DNA of 64,000 nt from an uncultured delta proteobacterium (GTDB lineage: Bacteria; Myxococcota_A; Polyangia; Fen-1088), in the NCBI GenBank assembly GCA_963767925.1, contig CAVYGB010000002.1, positions 1,184,001-1,248,000 of the forward strand, read 5' to 3'. A program made the position numbers and the translations under genes. Positions 40,588 through 50,969 of this stretch are shown piece by piece (position 1 is the stretch's first letter; the number at the start of each line of letters is the position of its first letter). The notes under the pieces are model-generated. The model worked only from the letters and a program-made list of their open reading frames with translations. It searched no databases and had not been told where the DNA came from.

Positions 40588-42514
40588 ATGTGCGGCATTG
40601 CAGGAATCTACCGCTGGGGTCCGCGCTCGCGCGAAATGGCCGCTGACGACGCTCGCCGAGTGGCCGACATGAACCGGGCGCTGGCTCATCGAGGCCCCAA
40701 TGGCACCGGGTTGCTGGACGTCGGCGACGGGGCCGTGCTGGGGCACACCCGCCTTTCGATTCTAGATCTGTCCGAGGCCGCGACGCAGCCCATGCAGACG
40801 GAGGATCGGAGCGTATCGCTAGTCTTCAACGGAGAGATTTACAATTACCGGAGACTGCGGAGCCTCCTGGCTGCCGAGGGCGTCCGCTTCCGGTCGACGG
40901 GCGACACGGAGGTGCTCCTGCGCAGCCTTCAGCTGTACGCCGAGGGAGCATTGAGTCGGATCGACGGCATGTTCGCCTTTGCTGCTTTCGACGCTCGCCG
41001 GCGGAAATTACTGCTGGCTCGTGACCGCGTCGGCAAGAAGCCGCTCTTCGTCTACCAGGAACGCGAGGCCGTCGTATTTGCTTCCGAGCTCGGTGCGCTG
41101 CGGGCGGGGGCCGTCGAGCTGAGGCTGCGACAATCCGCCCTCTCGCAGTTCCTGGTTCGGGGATACGTGCCCGATCCGGAGACCCTGTGCGAAGACGTGG
41201 AACAGATTGCCCCGGGCGAGGCCGTGACCTTCGATGGCGGGGGTATCAAGCGGCGTTTTCACTACTGGCGCCACCCGTGGCTGCGCGAGGGTGGACCGGC
41301 TACCATCGAGGCAGAATCCTCGGAAAGCCGTCCATGGCATTCGAGAGCGTCTCCGGGCCGCGGTGGCCGTCCGCCTCGACAGCGACGTACCGGTAGGGAC
41401 CTTCCTCTCCGGCGGCGTGGATTCGGCGGCGGTGACGGCGGTGGCCAACGAGATAGCTGGCCGCAAGCTGGAGACCTTCACCATCGGGTTTGCGGGGACG
41501 ACCGGAGACGAGACCGCCGCGGCCCGCGAAACCGCCGCCTTCCTGGGCACCAACCACCGACAACAGGTGCTCTCGCCAGAGACGTTCGATCTCCTCGGCC
41601 CGCTGATCGCCAGGACCGGTGAGCCCCAGGGCGATCCATCGCTGATCCCCACCTACCTGGTATCCCGGCTGGCTCGCCAGCACGTGACCGTGGCTCTCAG
41701 CGGGGATGGTGGGGACGAGTTGTTCGCCGGCTATGGACGCTTCCTGCTGGCATTCGGCTCCGCGTTCGCCGGGAAGGCGGGCCTTCTCCGCTGGCCGCAA
41801 CGACTTCTGGAGCAGGTCAAGGAAGGTCCAGGGGCGCCGCGTTTCCTCCGACAGATCAAGCGCCTGATGCGGGCCTCGTCCAATGGACCAGCCGGCACAC
41901 TCGCGGAATGGTCCGGAGGCTCCCGCTGGCGCGACGTCGAGCTGATGCTGGGCCGTCGCCTGGACCTGGGAACCCTCAGCGCGCCCGAACAGGGCGCCTA
42001 CGACGGGGCACGCGCGAACGGTGCCGGCCACCTCCACGCTCTGCTCGTCGCAAATTTCCTTACCTACCTGCCCGGCGATATCCTCGTAAAGGTCGATCGG
42101 GCTTCGATGGCCAACGGGCTGGAGGTGCGTTCCCCCTTTCTGGACACCGCCATGATCGAATATGCGGCGTCGCTCGCACCCCTCCTGCTAGCCCGCGGTC
42201 TCAACCTCAAATGGATCCTGAAAAAGGCCCTCACGGGCCTGGTACCCGCGACCGTCCACGCTCGACGAAAACAAGGATTTCAGGCGCCCGTCAGCGATTG
42301 GTTCAGGGGCCCGGGCGGGCTCCTTCTGGCGGATCGTCTCACGACGTCTTCGGCTCACATCGGTTCGGCGCTCGATTCCGCCGCGGTAGCCACCCTGGTC
42401 CGTCAGCATCAGGCCGGCGCGGAAGATCATGGGTTCACTCTTTTTCGGTTGCTGGCCCTGGAAGAGTGGTTGAAGTGGCTCAACACCCCGGCAGCAGCGC
42501 AGCGGGCAGCCTGA
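40588..42514 (+). CDS. asnB: Asparagine synthase-like amidotransferase (copy 2), frameshift near 41300-41340
   Basis: MCGIAG, HRGP, FNGEIYN, ARDRVGKKPL; then LSGGVDS, SGDGGDELFAGY, KVDRASMANGLEVRSPFLD, KQGF. Confidence 0.92.
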
Positions 42515-42531
42515 GTTCGTAGGGAGGAATC

Positions 42532-43575
42532 ATGGACAACACGAGCGTCAACGCACCCCTGCACATAGACGCCCCGCCCACCACCGCGCGCGAGCCGGCG
42601 CCCACCCATCTTCCCTGGGTCTGCCCTGCCCCGCACCAGTCACCCTTGCACCGATCGGGGGTCACGCTGAGGTGTCCCGACTGCAAAGCAGCGTTTCCGA
42701 TAGTTGATGGCATCCCACGCTTCGTAGACAGCGAAAGTTACGGGACCAACTTCGGCCTCGAATGGATGGCCCACGCGCGGACCCAACTCGACAGCTTCAC
42801 GGGCCTACCGCTATCGCGGGACCGATTCTTCGCGTCGACCGGCTGGAGTCCCGAGGCCCTGGCGGGCCGGCAGGTACTAGAGGCCGGCTGTGGCGCAGGA
42901 CGCTTTACCGAGGTCGTACTCAGCGCTGGCGCAAATCTTACAAGCGTGGACCTGTCTCGGGCCGTGGAGGCCAACTGGGCCAACAATCAGAATCACCCTG
43001 GCCTGCAGCTGGGCCAGGCCGACTTGCTCCGCCTTCCCCTGACCAGGGCCTCGTTTGATTTCGTATTCTGTTTCGGAGTCCTACAACATACGCCCGACCC
43101 CGAACGGAGCTTCCATACCCTACTGGAGTATCTTCGGCCAGGTGGTTATTTCTGCGTCGATGTCTACCCGAAGGACTGGCGCGCCTACCTGCACTGGAAA
43201 TATTACCTCCGCCCGCTGACCCGCCGCCTGCCACCGGAGAAACTGTACCGCGCAATAGAGTTCCTGGCTCCATTGCTGCTGAAGGTCAGCACGCCTCTTG
43301 GCAAGATCCCGAAGCTCGGTCGCCACCTTCAACGATCCATCCCTGTTGCGGATTCCTCCACGTGGCTGGCCCTTCCGCGGGAGCAACAGGAGCGGTGGGC
43401 GATCCTGGAAACGTACGACTGGTTTAGCCCGACCTATGACGAGCCTCAATCGATCGAGACTCTGCGCGAGTGGGTTGCCCGCGCTCGGTTGGACAGCGTG
43501 GAGATCTTTCAGCGTGGATTCTATATCGTACGCGGCCGCCGGTCGATGGCGGGCGTCTCGAACGCCGTTGGCTAA
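42532..43575 (+). CDS. Class I SAM methyltransferase with Trm112-like N-terminal knuckle
   Basis: CP...LRCPDC...FPIVDGIPRF, LEAGCGAGRF, GVLQHT, TYDWFSP; strong GGAGG RBS. Confidence 0.88.
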   Translation: MDNTSVNAPLHIDAPPTTAREPAPTHLPWVCPAPHQSPLHRSGVTLRCPDCKAAFPIVDGIPRFVDSESYGTNFGLEWMAHARTQLDSFTGLPLSRDRFFASTGWSPEALAGRQVLEAGCGAGRFTEVVLSAGANLTSVDLSRAVEANWANNQNHPGLQLGQADLLRLPLTRASFDFVFCFGVLQHTPDPERSFHTLLEYLRPGGYFCVDVYPKDWRAYLHWKYYLRPLTRRLPPEKLYRAIEFLAPLLLKVSTPLGKIPKLGRHLQRSIPVADSSTWLALPREQQERWAILETYDWFSPTYDEPQSIETLREWVARARLDSVEIFQRGFYIVRGRRSMAGVSNAVG

Positions 43576-43614
43576 CGCGCCCATAACGGCGTGGTCGTCT
43601 AGGAGAGGAACTCG

Positions 43615-44427
43615 ATGAATCCTGCTTTCCTGATTTCAGAATTGAGGTTTAGCGCGCTACACGGCGCCAATATTCGGGACTGCTGGCGCCTGGCGAAGAA
43701 CTCGGTTCGCGGCCGTCTCCAGCAATCTCAGGCGCCCGGAAGGATCGATCACGTCGTTCTGAAGTTTCCCAACAACAGCCTGAGCGTGGCCCTTCGCAGG
43801 GGCAACACCGATACCGCCGTGCTGATGCAGGTGTTTCACTACGGCGAGTACAACCCGGCTCAGATCGATTTTGGCTCCGTCCGGACGGTGGTCGACGCCG
43901 GCGCCAACATCGGCCTCTCCAGCCTGTATTTCTGGTCCCGGTGGCGTCCTCGGCGGATCCTGGCCATAGAGCCGGATGAATCGAATCTATGGATGCTCCG
44001 CCGGAACCTCACGGAGTTGAACGGTCCGGTCGCCGAGATCATCCCCGCAGCACTCTGGCGCGACCCGGTGCCGCTGGTTCTTCGCAGAGGCACCTCCGCG
44101 GTATCAGCGAGGGCCGAGACGTCGTCGGCCACTTCCCCGGGCGACATCCAGGTCGACACCATCACCCCGGCGATGCTCATCGAGAAGCTGGGAGGGACAG
44201 ACATCGATGTGTTCAAGATCGACATCGAGGGCGGAGAGCTCTCGCTGTTCTCTGCGAGCAACCTGGGGGAGTGGGTCCGAAGGGTCCGCTTCTTTCTGAT
44301 GGAGTGCCACAGTCACTTTGGATTTGGAGCGAGCCCCGCTGTCATCGCCAGGGCGCTGGAGCCGCATGGCTTCGAGGTGATCGTCTACAGCCCCGAGAAG
44401 GGCCTGGTTTGCGCCCGACGTCGATAG
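43615..44427 (+). CDS. FkbM-family methyltransferase
   Basis: VVDAGANIG, AIEP, KIDIEGGE. Confidence 0.92.
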   Translation: MNPAFLISELRFSALHGANIRDCWRLAKNSVRGRLQQSQAPGRIDHVVLKFPNNSLSVALRRGNTDTAVLMQVFHYGEYNPAQIDFGSVRTVVDAGANIGLSSLYFWSRWRPRRILAIEPDESNLWMLRRNLTELNGPVAEIIPAALWRDPVPLVLRRGTSAVSARAETSSATSPGDIQVDTITPAMLIEKLGGTDIDVFKIDIEGGELSLFSASNLGEWVRRVRFFLMECHSHFGFGASPAVIARALEPHGFEVIVYSPEKGLVCARRR

Positions 44428-44747
44428 GGGCGCCCCAGACCGGCCGCGCCGGGTAGCGGCGATCACTGTTTTACGCCCGGTTCGGCCCGGGCTGGCCGAG
44501 CCGCCGGGCTTCGTCCACCTCTACGGACCTATCCAGAGTCGGGTTCGGCTATGAGCCGGCGATGGTCGCGTCGGGCCCCGCCAGCCTCCGTGAGCTCTGT
44601 GACCCTCGCTTCGCGCCCAGCCTCGATGTGGCGACGGAAGAGCAACGGGAGCGCAACGCAGTGGTGGACGGCAAAGCCCAAGAGGTGGTATGGTTCCGAG
44701 GCACTGTTCGTATCCCCAGCGGACGCGCCGTCCAATCGGAGCCAAGC

Positions 44748-45842
44748 GTGTACAGTATCAAGATCATCGGAGCGGGGTCGATCGGGAACCATCTGGCGAA
44801 TGCGGCTCGTAGCCGCAACTGGAAGGTGACCCTCACCGACATCGACCCGCAAGCGCTCAAGCGTGCCAGGGAGAGTATCTATCCGAGCCGCTACGGCTCG
44901 TGGGACGAGGCCATCGCGCTCAAAGACACCCGGGCAGCCATGTCGGATCCGGCAGACGTGGTGTTCGTGGGCACGCCGCCCGACAGCCACTTGCCCCTGG
45001 CCCTGGAGGTGCTGGAGGCGGCGCCACCTCGCGCGCTGGTCATCGAGAAGCCGCTGTGTGGCCCCGACCTGGAAGGCTGCGCGACGCTGTGGGAGCGGGC
45101 CCGCAGCCTGGGGCTGTTTGTCGGGGTCGGTTACAACCACGTGCTGGGAAGCAATACCGTGGCTGCCGAGAAGCTTCTGGCAGAGCGGCCGATTGGCCCC
45201 ATCGAGACCATCTCTTCGCGGACGCGCGAGCACTGGGGGGGCATCTTCAAGGCTCATCCCTGGCTCTCCGGTCCTGCCGATTCGTACCTGGGGCACATCC
45301 GGCGGGGCGGCGGGGCCATCGGGGAGCATTCCCATGCGCTCAATCTCTGGCAGCACTTCGCCCACCTGGTCGGGGCGGGGCGGGTGGCCGAGGTCTCGTG
45401 CGCCCTGGATGTGGTCAAGGACAAGACCGTTGAATACGACCGTGTCTGTCTGATGAGCCTCCGGACTGAGGAGGGGCTGGTGGGCGACGTCATTCAGGAC
45501 GTGGTGACCGCACCTACCGACAAATCGCTCCGTATTCAGGGCAAGGGGGGGTTCCTCGAGTGGTACGTCAACTACCAGCCGGGGGCGGACGCAGTGATCA
45601 TGGGCACCGGTGAACAGGCTCAGCCGCCAGTCCTGCTGCCCAAGACCCGCGCCGACGACTTCAAGGCCGAGGTGGACCACATTGCTGGTGTGCTCTCGGG
45701 GTCGGTGAAGGGCTCGCCCATCTCCCTGCAGCGTGGCCTTGACACCATGATGGTGATCGCGGCGGCGCTGAAGTCGCACCAGACGGGGCGACGGGTTTCC
45801 ATCGACTGGCAGCAAGGCTATCAACCGGCCGCGCTTCGTTAA
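44748..45842 (+). CDS. Gfo/Idh/MocA-family oxidoreductase
   Basis: IIGAGSIG, GTPPDSH, IEKP, VGYN, GGGAIGEHSH; the GTG start at 44748 is inferred. Confidence 0.88.
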   Translation: MYSIKIIGAGSIGNHLANAARSRNWKVTLTDIDPQALKRARESIYPSRYGSWDEAIALKDTRAAMSDPADVVFVGTPPDSHLPLALEVLEAAPPRALVIEKPLCGPDLEGCATLWERARSLGLFVGVGYNHVLGSNTVAAEKLLAERPIGPIETISSRTREHWGGIFKAHPWLSGPADSYLGHIRRGGGAIGEHSHALNLWQHFAHLVGAGRVAEVSCALDVVKDKTVEYDRVCLMSLRTEEGLVGDVIQDVVTAPTDKSLRIQGKGGFLEWYVNYQPGADAVIMGTGEQAQPPVLLPKTRADDFKAEVDHIAGVLSGSVKGSPISLQRGLDTMMVIAAALKSHQTGRRVSIDWQQGYQPAALR

Positions 45843-45863
45843 CAACCACGTCGGTAACAAAAA

Positions 45864-47399
45864 ATGCGGAAGAAACCCTTCGATTTCTCGAACCTCTTCA
45901 TCTACGACCTGGCCAACAACCATCAGGGCGATGTCGAACACGCGGCGAACGTGATTCGAGGGATCGGCCGGGTGAATGCTGCCGCCGGCGTGCGCGGAGC
46001 TCTGAAGTTCCAGTTCCGGCAGCTCGAGACATTCATCCATCCCGACTTCCGAACTCGCACCGATCTCAAGTACATAAAGCGATTCATGGACACGCGATTG
46101 CCTCAGAAGGCTTTCGCCGACATGGCCGATCTCATCCGGGAATGCAAGATGTTGACCATGTGCACTCCTTTCGACGAGGAGTCGGTCGACATCATCTGTC
46201 AGATGGACCTGGATATCATCAAGGTCGCCAGCGCCTCGGCCGACGATCGCCCCCTGCTGGAGAAGATCGCCCGGGTGAACAAGCCCATCGTGGTCTCCAC
46301 CGCGGGCCTCCGCACCGAGGAGATTGACTGGCTGGTCAACTTTCTGGAGAGCAACCGGGCAGAGTTCGCAGTCATGCACTGCGTGGCGGAATATCCGACG
46401 CCCGACAACAAGCTGCAACTCAACCAGATTCAGTTCCTGTCCGAGCGCTACCGGGGGGTCCCGATCGGGTGGTCGACACATGAGAATCCAGACAACCTGG
46501 ATCCCATAAAGATTGCCTACGCAGCCGGAGCCCGTCTGTTCGAGCGTCATGTTGGCTTGCAGACCCCTCAGCACAAGCTGAACGAGTATTCGTCCACGCC
46601 CGAGCAGATCGAGCGCTGGCTGGGGGCCCACCAGCAGGTGAAGGCCATGATGGGCGCCTCCGAACGCGCGCCATCCTCGGTGGCCGAGCGCCAGACCCTG
46701 CGCGACCTGAAGCGGGGAGTCTTCGCCAAGAGGGACATCACCAAGGGAAACGAGATCTCACGGGATGACGTCTTTTTCGCCATGCCCGTGCAAGGTGAGC
46801 AACTCCTGAGCAGCCAGTGGCGCCCAGGCATGATCGCCAACGCCGACTACCGAGCCAAGGCCGCCCTGCCCAAGACTCTCGGGTTCCAGGAGGTCACCGA
46901 CGAGCAGTTGATCTACCAGATCATGCTGCAAGTGCGGGGCATGCTGAACAAGGCCAACATCCACATCAACGAGGATGCCAGCATCGAGATCTCGCATCAC
47001 TACGGCCTCCGCAGGTTCCGTGAATACGGGGCGGTGATCATTACCTGTGTCAACCGCGGCTACGCGAAAAAGCTCGTCATCCAGCTTCCCCGGCAGAAGC
47101 ACCCCTACCACTATCACGAGCAAAAGGAAGAGACCTTCCAGCTACTGGACGGCGACCTGGAGATCGTGAAAGAGGGCGAGCGGACCTCGTTGCGCGAGGG
47201 CGACACATTCCTTGTCGAACCGCGTGCCTGGCACAAGTTCCATACGCTGGCCGGAGCCATCGTCGAAGAAGTGTCCACTACCCATAGCAACAATGACTCG
47301 TTCTACGAGGATCCGGAGATAGCCAAGCTGAGTCGGGAGGAGCGCAAGACCAAGGCCGACGGCTGGCTGGCGTATTTCCGATCCAGACATGCGCTTTGA
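45864..47399 (+). CDS. NeuB-family ulosonate synthase with SAF domain and C-terminal cupin
   Basis: ANNHQGD, KFQ, TPFD, KVAS, HCVAEYP, GWSTHE, FERH; cupin HPYHYHEQKEETF...WHKF...EEVST. Confidence 0.9.
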   Translation: MRKKPFDFSNLFIYDLANNHQGDVEHAANVIRGIGRVNAAAGVRGALKFQFRQLETFIHPDFRTRTDLKYIKRFMDTRLPQKAFADMADLIRECKMLTMCTPFDEESVDIICQMDLDIIKVASASADDRPLLEKIARVNKPIVVSTAGLRTEEIDWLVNFLESNRAEFAVMHCVAEYPTPDNKLQLNQIQFLSERYRGVPIGWSTHENPDNLDPIKIAYAAGARLFERHVGLQTPQHKLNEYSSTPEQIERWLGAHQQVKAMMGASERAPSSVAERQTLRDLKRGVFAKRDITKGNEISRDDVFFAMPVQGEQLLSSQWRPGMIANADYRAKAALPKTLGFQEVTDEQLIYQIMLQVRGMLNKANIHINEDASIEISHHYGLRRFREYGAVIITCVNRGYAKKLVIQLPRQKHPYHYHEQKEETFQLLDGDLEIVKEGERTSLREGDTFLVEPRAWHKFHTLAGAIVEEVSTTHSNNDSFYEDPEIAKLSREERKTKADGWLAYFRSRHAL

Positions 47400-48003
47400 A
47401 GTCGTCATCTTCGACTTCGACGGCACGCTGGTCGACTCGGCCCGGGCCAAGTGTCAGGCGTTCTTCTCACTATTTCCTTCTTCTGACGAACATCGCAGGG
47501 TGGTAGCCTCCGTGCTCGAACGAGATCCCGACGGTTCTCGCTACCGGGTCATACCGCTGATGTTCCAGGAGATGGTCGACCGAGGACTGAGCTTGCCCGC
47601 TCACCACAGCGCGAGCGAGCGGATCGAGGCTTACGGCGAGCTGGTCCTGGCGGCGGTCCGACAGGCGCAGGAAATTCGCGGCGCCGGCGAGTTGCTCCAG
47701 GGACTGCGCGGGCGCTGCACCGCCTACATAAGCTCGAACACTCCGGAGCCGGCGCTCCGCAGCTCGGTCGCCGCCCGGGGTTGGAACGGTTTGGTCGCGG
47801 GCGTGTTTGGCTATCCCCGCGACAAGGCCAGCACCGCTCGGGAGGTGATCCATCGCCACGGCTGCCCGCCCGCCAGAGTGGCCGTGGTGGGCGACGGCGA
47901 GAGCGACGCCCACTCGGCCCACAGTAACGGCTGCGCCTTCTTTCTCGTCCGGCAGGGCGAGGATCTGCGGGAAGTCACGAGAGCACTGGGAGACCAGGAT
48001 TGA
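47389..48003 (+). CDS. HAD-family phosphatase
   Basis: DFDGTLVDS, SS, K, VGDGESD; overlaps both neighbours. Confidence 0.9.
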   Translation: MRFEVVIFDFDGTLVDSARAKCQAFFSLFPSSDEHRRVVASVLERDPDGSRYRVIPLMFQEMVDRGLSLPAHHSASERIEAYGELVLAAVRQAQEIRGAGELLQGLRGRCTAYISSNTPEPALRSSVAARGWNGLVAGVFGYPRDKASTAREVIHRHGCPPARVAVVGDGESDAHSAHSNGCAFFLVRQGEDLREVTRALGDQD

Positions 48004-49652
48004 TCAACGGCAGGCGGGTCTTGCTGGTAGTACCAGCCCGCGGCGGCAGTCAGGGCATCAAGCTCAAGAACCTGCAGACGGTGGCCGGAACTCCTCTCGT
48101 CAGTTTGGCGGGACGGGTGGCGCAGCAACTGGAGTTCGTGGATCGGGCCATCGTGTCTACCGACCATCCGGAGATTGCGCGGGTGGCGGCCAGCGCCGGC
48201 CTGGCGGCGCCGTTCGTGCGGCCCGAGGAGCTGTCCGGGCCGGTGATTAGCGACTGGCAGGTGCTCTCGCACGCGCTGGCCGAAGTGGAGCGGCTCGACA
48301 AGGTCTTCTACGACATCGTCCTCATGCTGCAGCCCACGTCTCCCGGTCGGACCGCAACGCATGTGCGGGATACAGTCGGCCGGTTGATCGAAGGCCAGTT
48401 CGACGCCGTCTGGACGGTCAGTCCAACCGATACCAAGGCACACCCGCTCAAGCAGCTTCTGGTCGAGGCGGACGGGCGCCTGGAATATTACGCCGCGGAG
48501 GGCGCCAAGATCGTCGCCCGGCAGCAGCTGAAGCCCGTCTATCACCGCAATGGCGTCTGTTACGCCTTCACCCGGAAGGCGCTGGTCGAGGAAAAGACGA
48601 TCAAGGCCACGCGCACGGGCGCGCTGATAATCGACACCACGCTGGTCAATATCGACACTCCTCAGGACCTGGAGCTAGCGAACCGCGTCGCAGCCGGGGC
48701 GGCTCCGATACCCGAGGCGACCGCATCGAAACCCGAGGGAGCGTCGCCCCCGGACCGCGCGGCAACCCTCTGCCCGGTGTGTTCGAGCGACCAGGCGGAG
48801 AACATCTATGCCGGCCCGGTACGGGCCGGGGTTTTCGGCACGTTCGTGCCAGGTCGAATTGCCCGCTGCGCGAGCTGTGACGTGGACCAGCTCCACGTGG
48901 CACAGGCCCTGGACGATGAGGTCTACCGGACCGGTGAATACCGAGAGATGGTAGGTGAAAAGAAGGAGGCTCGGGCATTTCTGGAGCTGCACGACCGCGA
49001 GCAGCTGGAGAAGCTGCCGTTCGTCAGCCCTTATCTTCGGCGCGGCTCGGTCGTGGCCGACATAGGGTGCGGCGGCGGCGCCTTCCTGGATCTGGTGAAA
49101 GGCGTGGCGGGCAGCACCATTGCCGTCGAGCTAACGGAGTCATTTCATGCGTCGCTGCGCAGTCGCGGGCACCACGTGTTCTCGCGGGCGGACGATTGCA
49201 TCGGGTCGCATGCCGCTTCTGTGGATCTGGCGGTCTCGTTCAGTGTGATCGAACACGTACCCGATCCCTTGCCGTTCTTGAGCACGATCCAAGCACTGCT
49301 CAAGCCTGGCGGCACGGTGGTCATTAGCACGCCCAACCGCAACGACGTGCTCATGAAGCACGGCCTTCCGGAGTACCGAGCCTTCTTTTATCGTTTGGTC
49401 CACCGCTTCTACTTCGATGCAGGGTCGCTCACGCGAATCTGCGAGCGAGCGGGCCTGGAGGTGCTGGAGGTCCGGTACCGTCAACGGTTCGGCTTCAGTA
49501 ACTTCGCGAACTGGCTAGCCCAGAGACGTCCAACCGGTCGCGGCGCCGAACTGCTGCTGAGCCCCGACTTCGACAAGATCTGGCGCTGCGAGCTGGAGCG
49601 CGACGGAATGGCTGACTACCTCTATGTGGTGGCTCGCAGGAAAGGCGCCTGA
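48000..49652 (+). CDS. NeuA-type acylneuraminate cytidylyltransferase fused to a SAM methyltransferase
   Basis: PARGGSQGIKLKN, VSTD, LQPTSP, NIDTPQDL; linker; CPVC...CASC, DIGCGGG, SVIEHV, LKPGG. Confidence 0.88.
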   Translation: MINGRRVLLVVPARGGSQGIKLKNLQTVAGTPLVSLAGRVAQQLEFVDRAIVSTDHPEIARVAASAGLAAPFVRPEELSGPVISDWQVLSHALAEVERLDKVFYDIVLMLQPTSPGRTATHVRDTVGRLIEGQFDAVWTVSPTDTKAHPLKQLLVEADGRLEYYAAEGAKIVARQQLKPVYHRNGVCYAFTRKALVEEKTIKATRTGALIIDTTLVNIDTPQDLELANRVAAGAAPIPEATASKPEGASPPDRAATLCPVCSSDQAENIYAGPVRAGVFGTFVPGRIARCASCDVDQLHVAQALDDEVYRTGEYREMVGEKKEARAFLELHDREQLEKLPFVSPYLRRGSVVADIGCGGGAFLDLVKGVAGSTIAVELTESFHASLRSRGHHVFSRADDCIGSHAASVDLAVSFSVIEHVPDPLPFLSTIQALLKPGGTVVISTPNRNDVLMKHGLPEYRAFFYRLVHRFYFDAGSLTRICERAGLEVLEVRYRQRFGFSNFANWLAQRRPTGRGAELLLSPDFDKIWRCELERDGMADYLYVVARRKGA

Positions 49653-49677
49653 TAGGCGGCTGGCGGCGCCGCATTCG

Positions 49678-50631
49678 CTAGCGGGAGGCGGCCGGGGCGA
49701 AGCAGACGAACAGGGTGTCGGTGGTTCCGTTTGATTCGAGGTACTCGCGGTACTGAGGGTCCAGAGCTTTGGCCAGGTCCGCGAAGACCTCTCCCGCCCC
49801 CGGTCGCCTGGTTGCCAACCAGTTGAGATGGTTGGCCAGGCCATAGCGCTGCATGCCCTGCGATCCGAGAATGCGCTGACCAGCGCTCTCGAGCAGTCTG
49901 CGGATCGACGTAGCCGAGTAGATGAACGGGTGCTGTGCCTGGAAGTAGAAGTCCTTGAATTCTTCGATGGCGTACAGGGACAGGAGGGGATCGGACAGAG
50001 CGGGGATCTCGATGACCAAAACTCCGTCGCCCGTCAAGAGGCCAGCCAGCTTCTCCAACTCCGCGAAAGGATCTTCGAAATGCTCGAAGACGTGAAACAG
50101 GCAGATTAGGTCGAACTTTCGCGAGCCGAGATCTTCGACCCCTGCGGTCATGTTCAGACTTCGGGCGAGAGCCTCGGAACGGTGTGGGGCGCTAGGCTCC
50201 ACGCCCGAGCAAGCCGCTCCTGGCATCCCCTCGACCAGTTTGCCCAGGAATGTCCCGTCGGAAGCGCCGACCTCCAGCACCGTCGCTGGCGGTCGCTGGC
50301 AGTGGGTCGACACAAGCGTCTGCAGGCACTCGAAGCGACGGTTCAAATAGCGCTCCTGAACCTTGGGGTCCTTGACGCCTAGCTTCTTGCTCCGCGGTAC
50401 GTAGCTCCGGTAGTCCACCCGAGGACGCGGATGTATCACAGCAAAATCTCGGCCCTCGTTCAGGTAAACGGCGTGGGTGGCGTCCTCATAGATCCGGTTG
50501 TGGAAGCGGGTGAAGACCTCGTCCTCGAAAAAGGACAATCCCAGCGAGCGCCCGGTGAAGCTTCCCTCCAGGCTCGAAGGCGTTGGCAGGCCCTGGGCCT
50601 TGGCCGGCGCAAGGTGGTCAGAGAGGTCCAT
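49678..50631 (-). CDS. Class I SAM methyltransferase
   Basis: LEVGASDG, GVEPS, FHVFEH, IEIP. Confidence 0.85.
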   Translation of the reverse strand: MDLSDHLAPAKAQGLPTPSSLEGSFTGRSLGLSFFEDEVFTRFHNRIYEDATHAVYLNEGRDFAVIHPRPRVDYRSYVPRSKKLGVKDPKVQERYLNRRFECLQTLVSTHCQRPPATVLEVGASDGTFLGKLVEGMPGAACSGVEPSAPHRSEALARSLNMTAGVEDLGSRKFDLICLFHVFEHFEDPFAELEKLAGLLTGDGVLVIEIPALSDPLLSLYAIEEFKDFYFQAQHPFIYSATSIRRLLESAGQRILGSQGMQRYGLANHLNWLATRRPGAGEVFADLAKALDPQYREYLESNGTTDTLFVCFAPAASR

Positions 50632-50969
50632 CACCGATGATTATGACGAAACTCGTCGGCCTGTCTATCCCCGCGAATGGTCCTGCTGAGTCTTGAGCAT
50701 GCCGGCTGGCATCTCGGTTCCGCAGGGCAAAGCGTCGGTCAGCATCGGCGCAGACGGCTTCTCGGCGACCTCGGGACGCGGCACGGCCGCATCCCATCCC
50801 GAGAGGGCGGTATTTCCGCGCAGGTCGGACTCAAATTCGGCATCGCAGATTTGGCCACACCGATTGGGCCACGCAGCTTGGCCCAATGTTCGGCCCACCC
50901 CCGGGTACCAAAGCTTCACCAGGCTGCCCCAGTGGGCCGAAATAGTATAAGCTGGGGCGTGAGGTTCGC

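Noticed and set aside
31433..42514. AsnB genes as lasso peptide cyclases
   Set aside because: Full Ntn glutaminase domains are present, with no B protein or precursor, in a glycan context.
44529..46631. 700-aa minus-strand ORF
   Set aside because: Antisense to the oxidoreductase and NeuB.
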